Shown: positions 1 to 7,736 of the stretch, piece by piece | Position numbering within the stretch: position 1 is the first letter of the stretch | How the letters are laid out: every line of letters starts with the position of its first letter | NCBI GenBank assembly: GCA_005191425.1 | Contig: SUPR01000005.1 | Span: 1 to 32,000 of the forward strand | Length of the DNA stretch: 32,000 nt | Source: Candidatus Helarchaeota ASGARD archaeon Hel_GB_B | Lineage (GTDB): Archaea; Asgardarchaeota; Lokiarchaeia; Helarchaeales; HEL-GB-B | Direction of reading: 5' to 3' | The notes under the pieces: generated by a model | The model's input: the letters and a program-made list of their open reading frames with translations, nothing else | What the model was told of the DNA's origin: nothing | Databases searched by the model: none | Program-made: the position numbers and the translations under genes

Positions 1-148
1 ATTCCTCATCAGAAATATCTGAAACTAATTTTTGTAATTGTAGACCATTCAATATATCTATTATTAAGTTTCTTCTACTCATTAATTCAATTAAATTCAT
101 CAATTTATTATATGTCTGCGGTTCAGATAAATATTCTTCCAAGCTCAA
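1..148 (-). CDS. Hypothetical protein, 5' part only (runs off the left edge)
   Basis: Absent from the ORF track. TTG at 148 follows GGGT-AAAA and an in-frame TAA; the frame is open for 49 codons to the edge: MSLEEYLSEPQTYNKLMNLIELMSRRNLIIDILNGLQLQKLVSDISDEE. Confidence 0.5.
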   Translation of the reverse strand, partial: MSLEEYLSEPQTYNKLMNLIELMSRRNLIIDILNGLQLQKLVSDISDEE

Positions 149-573
149 TTTTACCCTTGCTTAATTTTATTAATTTCAATATTGTCCAAAAAAACATCCT
201 ACTCTTTAATGAAATTCTTCAATTAAAAATTTAATGCTTATTCTTTATGAAAAATTGAATAAATGCCCTTTTAATTTGTTTTTGAAAACGATACAAAAAA
301 CCTTTAAAACGCTATGCACTCTTTATAGTATATATCGTATTCCTTTTTTAATATATTCATAAAAAACTATTTATAATTTCAATAAATATTATTCAGCCAA
401 TCATCAATTCTGTTTTGAGGATTTTTAGTTATTTAATAATAATGGATGAATTTTGTTCATAAGTATTAATAATCTTAAAAAATAATATATTTGTCAATAA
501 GAAATACAATAATCAATAAATTTAAATTCATCCCAATTTAATTTATTTCAATTGAAGGATATAAGAAAAATTA

Positions 574-681
574 GGGTTAGTAGCGCAGTATGGATAGCGC
601 GACGGACTTCTAATCCGTAGGTCGCAGGTTCAAAACCATAATCCGCCATGGGTTATAGGGAATATCCTGCCTAACCCGCCA
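574..681 (+). tRNA. tRNA-Arg(UCU) with a 30-nt T-loop intron (59/60) and encoded CCA
   Basis: Acceptor GGGTTAG(574-580)/CTAACCC(671-677), G73, CCA 679-681. D-arm GCGC/GCGC with A20. Anticodon arm ACGGA-CT-TCT-AA-TCCGT. T-stem GCAGG/CCTGC; removing 635-664 restores the TTCAAAT loop. Confidence 0.95.
635..664 (+). other. Non-canonical tRNA intron at 59/60 with a relaxed BHB motif
   Basis: Bulges A633-A635 and T663-T665 flank a 4-bp helix TTCA/GGAA that has one A.G pair, followed by an intron hairpin. Cleavage after the second bulge nucleotide gives exactly the mature T-loop. Confidence 0.88.
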
Positions 682-703
682 CTTTACTTACTTCTTAAAT
701 CAA

Positions 704-792
704 GGGCTCGTGGCCTAGTGGATATGGCACAAGCCTCCTAACTTTTATCTGGAGATAGCTTGTAGTCGTGGGTTCAAATCCCACCGAGCCCG
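704..792 (+). tRNA. tRNA-Arg(CCU) with a canonical 16-nt intron, no encoded CCA
   Basis: Acceptor GGGCTCG/CGAGCCC; anticodon stem CAAGC/GCTTG with CT-CCT-A; T-arm GTGGG-TTCAAAT-CCCAC. It lies 22 nt after tRNA-Arg(UCU), so it is likely co-transcribed. Confidence 0.95.
741..756 (+). other. Canonical 37/38 tRNA intron (BHB)
   Basis: CTCC(735-738) pairs with GGAG(751-754); bulges are TAA(739-741) and ATA(755-757). Confidence 0.92.
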
Positions 793-987
793 TATCACCT
801 ATATATTATCAAACTGACAAAATTCTTTTTGTTACATTAATATTTCTTCTTCAAAATTATTTTGTTTCGTAAATACAATTTTTATTTTTATTGATTGAAT
901 TTTTTGATCATATTTTTTCGATAGAAATAATTATATTCCCCAATTAAAAGTATCTTTCAATTATTTGAATATTTAAGTTCAAATGTA

Positions 988-1923
988 ATGATAAAAATGG
1001 ACAAATCAATATCGGAAAATAAGAATTTAGATAATATCAATATTACCCAAAAGACTAAGAGAATGGATTGGAGAATCGAGTTAATAAGAATACCCGCAAT
1101 ACTTGCTGTAGTCATAGTACATATGCAGTTAGAATCAGGTTGGATTAATGGTTCAACTATGCCACAAAATTTTATCTTATATATTGCTATGGCTATGTTC
1201 ATGTATGCTTCAGGATTTGTTCAGGGTTTGAAAAATGAGTTTAGTAATCCTGGAGATATAAATAAAAAGAGTTATTTTAAATATATCAAAAAGAGGTTTT
1301 TAAGATTATATATTGGTTATTATTTGGCTTTTGGTACTGTATTTTTGTCTCGATTATTTGCTTATTATATTATAAATAAGCCATTTCCACTAATATATTC
1401 CCCTTGGTCCCTATTTTTAGATTTGACCGGGACTTGGGGTTTATTTACCACATGTGGTTGCGGGGGTATTTGGCCTCCAGGGTGGTTTATATGTGCAATT
1501 TTTATGATATCATTAATTTATCCTTTTTTAAGAAGGCTGAGTTCTATTAATAAAATTTATATTTATGTGGTTATGGCAATCGCAATTGTGATGCGAATAA
1601 TCTTAGCAATTACATTATATAATCCAGCGTATTTCTTTCCCTTCTCTTGGATAACTGAATTTTCTATTGGAATGTTATTTGGGAAATGGTCTGGCTCAAC
1701 TGGGGGACCTCCAATCGTTTCAAAACGATATCAAAAAGTTGTAATCAAATTAGGGGCACGAGTCTGGCCAATGTACTTGTCTCATATAGTACCTATTGTA
1801 TGGATATCATATCTTGCAGGATTTTGGGAATTCTTTATAATATTCATAATTATTTTCCCATTGACAGAACTTTTTCATAGAATATTAATCATCATCAACA
1901 AAAAAATAAAGAAAAAAATTTAA
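988..1923 (+). CDS. Acyltransferase family 3 (OafA-like) integral membrane protein, AT3 domain only
   Basis: N-terminal RIELIRIPAILAVVIVH, FMYASGF, KKRFLRLY, GWFICAIF and YLSH motifs; about 9-10 hydrophobic segments. Confidence 0.85.
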   Translation: MIKMDKSISENKNLDNINITQKTKRMDWRIELIRIPAILAVVIVHMQLESGWINGSTMPQNFILYIAMAMFMYASGFVQGLKNEFSNPGDINKKSYFKYIKKRFLRLYIGYYLAFGTVFLSRLFAYYIINKPFPLIYSPWSLFLDLTGTWGLFTTCGCGGIWPPGWFICAIFMISLIYPFLRRLSSINKIYIYVVMAIAIVMRIILAITLYNPAYFFPFSWITEFSIGMLFGKWSGSTGGPPIVSKRYQKVVIKLGARVWPMYLSHIVPIVWISYLAGFWEFFIIFIIIFPLTELFHRILIIINKKIKKKI

Positions 1924-1960
1924 AACCTGTTATAAAAACATTGATTTAAAAGGTTTTGCA

Positions 1961-2864
1961 ATGTCAACCCTGCAAATTTTTAATAAAGAAACTAAAAAAG
2001 AAATTAAGAAAGATTGGCGAATAGAACTAGCTAGATTAATTTCTATTGTCATAATTATAATTTATCATATATTTATATTTACCAATTGGGTTGATATAAA
2101 TAATTGGTTCCAAACATGGCCCATTGTAGTAGCAATTGGTTGTTTTATGTATTGCTCGGGAAATGTCCATGGTCTTAAAAAAGAATTTAATGAACCAAGC
2201 TCATTATCTATTTCAAATTATTTAAATTTTGTAAAAAAAATTTATTCGATTATACTTCGAGTACTATCTTGAGTTATTCATAGTTTTTATTATAAAATAC
2301 ATTTGTGGAAAACTTCCTGTAATAACACCATTTTCTCTCTTTTTAGATTTAACAAGCCTATGGCCATTAATTACAGGAAATAGCGGCGGTATATGGCCTG
2401 AAGGCTGGTTTATTTGTGATATTTTCATATTATCATTAATTTATCCATTATTAAGACGTCTAAAAAAACAATACTTGAGCATTATAATTATTGTTGTACC
2501 TATTTTTCAAATTATGATTATGTTTTCACCATTTTATAAATTTGCATATTTTTTCTCTTTTTTCTGGACAACTGAATTTATTATTGGCATGCTTTTTGGA
2601 GATAATAGGTCTAAACGTATTGGAATACCAGTTGTCAATGGTCAGATTAAAAAAATAATTATAAAAATGGGTAATAGAGTATGGCCATTATATCTTGCAC
2701 ACATGGCTCTAATATCAATTCTACCTTTATTTACTCCATGGTGGATGTGTGTGTCGTTAATTCCTTTTATTCTCTTATTGACTGAAGGCTATTATCACTT
2801 ATTGAACAAAATTTATAATTTAATTGGATATGGCACTCTAAAAGCCCAAAAAAGACCAAACTAA
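1961..2864 (+). pseudogene. Second acyltransferase-3 paralog, frameshifted at an A8 tract (2233-2240)
   Basis: Track ORFs 1961..2272 and 2475..2864 are two halves of one gene. From 2241 the +1 frame is open (FIRLYFEYY...LFLDLTSLW...GGIWPEGWFIC) and aligns with the upstream paralog; removing one A gives about 300 aa. Confidence 0.85.
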
Positions 2865-3208
2865 CCATAAATAACAAAAATATATGATTTTGAATGGTCA
2901 TTGAGAAAAAAATAAAAGTATCTTATAATATTTTCACCTTGTTATAAAAACAATAATGATATACACTATAATTTTACCTAATTTTTAATTAATTATGTTT
3001 ATATTAAATTATTTTTAATTTTTTAATTATAAAATAAAAAAAGGTTATAGTTATCCCTACACAATTAGTTAAAAATATTTTAAAATTTAATCACTTAATA
3101 AATTTTAAATGCAATTTAATGAATTTTTTTAATGTTAAATATTTCTAATAATAAATCTAGTTAAAAAATATAAAACAAAATAAAAATAAACGATAGAAAG
3201 GGTCAATA

Positions 3209-5182
3209 ATGACTAATCCTATTGAAGAGTTAATTAAACAAATTGAAGATATAATTAAGAAATTTCTTGAAGACAAGGGAATATTAGAATATATAAGTGA
3301 TTTTGGGATAAAAGAATCGCCACAAACGAAGTTTGGCGATTATAATACAGCAATATGCTTTAGGATAGCAAAAATATTGAAGGAACAACCCAGAAATATA
3401 GCCGAGATGTTAATTGATTCTATTAATTTGAGAAATTATAATCTTATTAAAGAAGTTAAGAATGAAAATGGTTATGTGAATTTTTTTATCAATTATACTG
3501 AATTTAATTTTCTCGTTTTAAAAACTATTAATGAAATGGGTTCTAATTATGGTAGATTAGAGAATATTGATAAAGATAAAAAAATCTTGATTGAACATAC
3601 TTCTGTCAATCCTAACAAGCCATGGCACGTAGGGCATGCTAGAAACGCGATTTTAGGTGATACAATTGCAAGATTGTATAAGAAGGCTGGATATAATATA
3701 GAAGTTCAAAATTATATTGATGATACTGGAAAACAGGTCGCTGATACTTTATTTGCCATGGATTATTTTGGTTTTGATGGTTTACCTAATGATAAGAGAA
3801 TTGATCATTGGATGGGAAAAATATATGTGGATATTTATAAATTAATGGACGAGCTCCAATCAAAAATTAAAAAATCGAAAGAATTAGGAGAAAAAACAAC
3901 CAATTATGAAGATAAATTGAATGAAATTATTAATGGTATTGAAAATAAAATAAAATTAGTTGAAAAAGGGATATATAGAAATATTGTAGAGAAGTGTGTT
4001 AAGGATCAATTAAAAACTGCCTTTAAATTAAGAATTTTTTACGATCTACTCAGCTGGGAAAGCGATATTGTAAGAGCTGGACTTTTTAATGAATCTCTTA
4101 ATATTATTAAAAAAAGTAAATATGTTCAATATGTTGAGGAAGGAAAATTAAAAGGTTGTCTTACAATTCTTATTGATAAATATCTGGAAGATAACCCTAA
4201 TGATAAAGAAACTCGAAAATTATTTTATGGTATGTCTGAACCAAATAAAGTATTGCTAAGATCAGATGGCACTTCTACCTATGTAGCAAAGGACATCGCC
4301 TATCAGATGTGGAAATTTGGTCTATTAAAGAAAAACATGAAATATAAATTATTTATAAATCAACCAAATGGACAACAATTATGGACAACTGCTCCTGATG
4401 GAGAAACTAATGATAAATTTGGGCATGCTGATAAGATTATAAATGTAATTGGAATGGAACAAATGTATGAACAATCTTGTGTCGCTATTTCATTAAAAAT
4501 AATGGACTTTAATGAATATTATAAAAATTCATATCATCTAGGATATGCTCATGTTAAGCTAAAAGAAGGTAGAATGAGTGGTCGAAAAGGTATTTGGACT
4601 GCGACTGATGATATAATTAATGAAGCTATTTTAAGGGCTAAAAATGAAATAAAAAAAAGAAGAATTGATTTCCCTGAAGATAAACTCGAAAAGACGGCAG
4701 AATCCATAGGCATAAGTGCCATCCGATATGCTCTAATTAATCAAAATCCAACTAAAGAAATCATTTTTGATTGGGATACTGTTTTAAATTTTGATGGAGA
4801 TGCAGCCCCTTATTTACAATACGCTTATGCAAGAACTGCAGGAATCTTAAGAGAAGCTAAAAAGCGCAATATTTCATTTTCAAAAAAGAATTTAAAAACT
4901 GTATCTAAATTAATTACTCATGAAGAATTAATATTAATAAAAAATCTTGGTCTATATCCTCAAATTATTGAAAATTGTATAATAAACTATGATCCAAGTA
5001 TTCTTACTCAATTTACTTATAATTTAACACAAATTTTTAGCAGATTTTACACAAAGTGTCCTATTTTACCTACAAAGGATATCGAGCTAAGAGAAGCCAG
5101 ATTAATTTTGGTCGAATCATTTCAAACGGTATTAAAATCTATTTTTGATGTGCTAGGAATTGATATTTTAGAAAAAATGTAG
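3209..5182 (+). CDS. argS: Arginine--tRNA ligase
   Basis: FGDY and GYVNF in the N-terminal domain; EHTSVNPNKPWHVGHARN (HIGH), MSGRKG (KMSK-like), AIRY, FDGDAAPYLQYAYAR, and C-terminal M. Confidence 0.97.
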   Translation: MTNPIEELIKQIEDIIKKFLEDKGILEYISDFGIKESPQTKFGDYNTAICFRIAKILKEQPRNIAEMLIDSINLRNYNLIKEVKNENGYVNFFINYTEFNFLVLKTINEMGSNYGRLENIDKDKKILIEHTSVNPNKPWHVGHARNAILGDTIARLYKKAGYNIEVQNYIDDTGKQVADTLFAMDYFGFDGLPNDKRIDHWMGKIYVDIYKLMDELQSKIKKSKELGEKTTNYEDKLNEIINGIENKIKLVEKGIYRNIVEKCVKDQLKTAFKLRIFYDLLSWESDIVRAGLFNESLNIIKKSKYVQYVEEGKLKGCLTILIDKYLEDNPNDKETRKLFYGMSEPNKVLLRSDGTSTYVAKDIAYQMWKFGLLKKNMKYKLFINQPNGQQLWTTAPDGETNDKFGHADKIINVIGMEQMYEQSCVAISLKIMDFNEYYKNSYHLGYAHVKLKEGRMSGRKGIWTATDDIINEAILRAKNEIKKRRIDFPEDKLEKTAESIGISAIRYALINQNPTKEIIFDWDTVLNFDGDAAPYLQYAYARTAGILREAKKRNISFSKKNLKTVSKLITHEELILIKNLGLYPQIIENCIINYDPSILTQFTYNLTQIFSRFYTKCPILPTKDIELREARLILVESFQTVLKSIFDVLGIDILEKM

Positions 5183-5252
5183 ATTTAATATAAATAACAA
5201 TTAATATTTGAATTTATACACTATTTATTATTTATAAACCTTAAATCCCAGA

Positions 5253-5260
5253 TTTTTTTT
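5253..5260 (+). terminator. Possible oligo(dT) archaeal terminator after argS
   Basis: T8 run about 70 nt after the stop, preceded by CCCAGA. Similar C-rich plus T7 runs follow other genes here, but AT-richness weakens the evidence. Confidence 0.35.
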
Positions 5261-5483
5261 ATTAAAATCATTAGATGTCCCCATAATTTCCTTAATGGTG
5301 GGGTTTACCCGTTATATTTACATAAATTTTTTGTAAAAATTTCTACTTTTTCAGTTTTTTATAATTAGAAAAAATATTTGACTTGAGATCATTTAAAATT
5401 GTAAAATGATTAGATTTATAAATAAGAATTGAGAAAAAAGAAAATGGTGGACCTGGCAGGACTTGAACCTGCAATCGCTGGCT

Positions 5484-5513
5484 TACTTCCTTATATTTTT
5501 TTATATTATTAGT
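5484..5513 (-). other. Canonical 37/38 intron (30 nt, AT-rich) of tRNA-Arg(UCG)
   Basis: CUUC (32-35) pairs with intron GAAG; bulges GG|A and UA|A give the correct junctions. Confidence 0.9.
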
Positions 5514-5530
5514 CCGAAGGCCAGTGCCTT

Positions 5531-5553
5531 CTATGGATAGCTTTTAAGCCACA
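5531..5553 (-). other. Non-canonical D-loop intron (23 nt, about 20a/21) of tRNA-Arg(UCG)
   Basis: Central helix AUGG/CCAU, bulges AU|U and AG|A, outer intron helix GUGGCU/AGCUAU with a UAAA loop. Confidence 0.85.
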
Positions 5554-5897
5554 ATCCATTGGGCCACAGGTCCTCTAAATCTTTAGATAGGTAATATTCA
5601 GTTAATAAATAAACAAATTATAGTTTTTAAATGTTTTCAATATATAGATAAATATTATTTATGGTAATTTATTTTAGACAATCAATTTTATCTTTAATTA
5701 TTTGAACATTAATTTAATAAAGAGCTAAATGAGATTTACCTTACATTACTATTTTTTCTAAAAATTACAAATGACCGATATTTTGTTATAAAAAAAACAC
5801 AATTTTGATAAGTTATTTATATTATATTTCTATTAAAATTTAAAAGTTTATGATATTTAAAATGTACAAAGAAAAATAGAGAACGAAGGTCTAGTTT

Positions 5898-6188
5898 ATG
5901 AGCGAAAAGTCATATAGAGCATATTTATTAATAAGATTAGCAAGTGTTGGTAAAGAATGGATAGTAATTGATAAAATAAAAGAATTAAAATCTTCAAAAG
6001 GTAATTGGGTAATAACATATGCTTCTCCTGTCTATGGAGCATGGGATGCAATAGCTGAAATCTCCTTTAAAGAATTATCTGATCTTGACGAAATAGTAAC
6101 TGCATCAAGAACTGTGGAAACATTACGTGATGTTATTACAGAAACTACAACAGTTGTTTGCACAAAAAAAGATTATCCATGGGAATAA
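5898..6188 (+). CDS. Stand-alone Lrp/AsnC ligand-binding (RAM) domain protein
   Basis: 96 aa with the beta-alpha-beta pattern AYLLI...VYGAWDAIAEI...ELSDLDEIV...ITETTT; no N-terminal HTH. Confidence 0.8.
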   Translation: MSEKSYRAYLLIRLASVGKEWIVIDKIKELKSSKGNWVITYASPVYGAWDAIAEISFKELSDLDEIVTASRTVETLRDVITETTTVVCTKKDYPWE

Positions 6189-6380
6189 TTTATAAAATAA
6201 TATTATTCTATTTTTTATATATTCTGATAATTAAGTAATTATTCAAATAAAATTTATAGTGTATTATTCTGAATTTATTAATTTAATATTTGTAATTCTA
6301 ATGTATATTTTTTTTAAAATAAAAATAAGTGTATTTTTCAAAATTTACGAAATTTAAATTTAGAAAATTCATGATTTACA

Positions 6381-7682
6381 ATGCTTGGTCCATCGGAAAT
6401 TAATTATAAAGATTTGGAATCTCCATTTTGGACAAAATATCATACCTTTTTAGTATGGACTCTGTCAATAAATAGATTTTTTAATCTTTTTATGATTGTA
6501 TTTACTGGGTTATCAATTAGACAAATAGCCAACGCGATTAATGTAAATTCAATTACAATGATTATCATTTTTGCAATAATGAATTTAGGGAGTGGACTGG
6601 CTTTATTTTTAAGGTATATTGCGGACATTATAGGTCGAAAAAAGACTTTTATAGTAATGCACATTGGACTGATGATGGCATATGGAATTTCAGCGATGGC
6701 GACTAATGTATTGTTTTTTATCATATCAAGGTTGGCTGTAGGAATTTTTTCAATGAATGTTAGTGGACTTATTATAACTGAAGAAGTACCTGCAAAATAT
6801 AGGGGGCGAGCTATCGGACTTACAGAAGGAATTGGAATGACTTCTTCAATTCTGGCTTCTTATTTGGCAGTTTTTTTAGAGATTAATTTGGACTATTGGC
6901 GCGAAATTTTCTGGCTTATGGCTATTATAGGAATAATAATTCAAACAATATTTGCCATATTTATCAAAGAAACAAGACGATACAAATATTTTCTTAAAAA
7001 TAATAATAACCGCAGTTTTAAACAAGCATTTTTTGGAGTTTTCAAGAGAAAATATCTTAAATTTATGATTTTAAGTATTTCATTATTTTTTTGTATTAAT
7101 GGAGTATATCAAACAATAAAGCGGTATTATCCCGCATTTTTGATTGAAGAACGCGGATTTCTTGGTTTTAATACAGAAATTGTTGGTTATTGGTCAATTT
7201 TTTTATATATTAGTTCTATAATTGGATATAGTTTATGCGGCTTTATTTCCGATCATATTGGTAGAAAAAAGACGATCTCTATTTCTGCAGCTTCTTATTT
7301 TCTTGGAAGTTTATTTGTATTAGTTTTTTATAATATGTATATAATTTTTATTGGCTTTATTATAATCAATTTTTGTTTTGCGATATTCATAAATACTGCT
7401 TCTGTTCTTACTGTAGAATATTTCTCCACTGAAGATAGAAGTATCGGGTCTGGGTGGAACTCTACCATTATTAATTTTTTATCTATATTTGGAAATTTTA
7501 GTATTTTTTTAGTCGCAGATCCATATCTAGGGCTAGGATTGGGGTGGGGAAATTCATTTCTATTATTTGGGTCGATTTATATCATTGGAGTTATTATTAT
7601 CCCGCAATTCTTTATGGAGACAAAAAGTCGCGTAATAGAAGAGATTTATATACAAGATATCGAAAGAAATATAGAAATTTAA
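6381..7682 (+). CDS. Major facilitator superfamily transporter
   Basis: About 12 TM segments; motif A twice (ADIIGRKK, SDHIGRKK); EEVPAKYRG, EYFSTEDRS and C-terminal METK signatures. Confidence 0.92.
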   Translation: MLGPSEINYKDLESPFWTKYHTFLVWTLSINRFFNLFMIVFTGLSIRQIANAINVNSITMIIIFAIMNLGSGLALFLRYIADIIGRKKTFIVMHIGLMMAYGISAMATNVLFFIISRLAVGIFSMNVSGLIITEEVPAKYRGRAIGLTEGIGMTSSILASYLAVFLEINLDYWREIFWLMAIIGIIIQTIFAIFIKETRRYKYFLKNNNNRSFKQAFFGVFKRKYLKFMILSISLFFCINGVYQTIKRYYPAFLIEERGFLGFNTEIVGYWSIFLYISSIIGYSLCGFISDHIGRKKTISISAASYFLGSLFVLVFYNMYIIFIGFIIINFCFAIFINTASVLTVEYFSTEDRSIGSGWNSTIINFLSIFGNFSIFLVADPYLGLGLGWGNSFLLFGSIYIIGVIIIPQFFMETKSRVIEEIYIQDIERNIEI

Positions 7683-7736
7683 AATCTTTATTGACCGGCA
7701 TTTTTTTCTTTAAAAAATTTACGTGGTATTTAGATA

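Larger units (their letters stand above)
5445..5573 (-). tRNA. tRNA-Arg(UCG) with two introns (D-loop and 37/38) and encoded CCA
   Basis: Reverse complement: GGACCTG/CAGGTCC acceptor, A73, CCA; T-arm GCAGG-TTCAAGT-CCTGC; anticodon CTGGC-CT-TCG-G..A-GCCAG. Removing 5531-5553 restores the D-arm GCCCAATGGATAAGGC. Confidence 0.93.

Noticed and set aside
793-3208. Integrated element (prophage or island) at the tRNA-Arg(CCU) 3' end
   Set aside because: No integrase, no duplicated tRNA 3' end (att) and no mobile genes were found.
5279-5305. GC-richer hairpin between argS and tRNA-Arg(UCG)
   Set aside because: The stem is short and bulged with no recognisable ncRNA or C/D, H/ACA boxes; it is at most a terminator or processing element.
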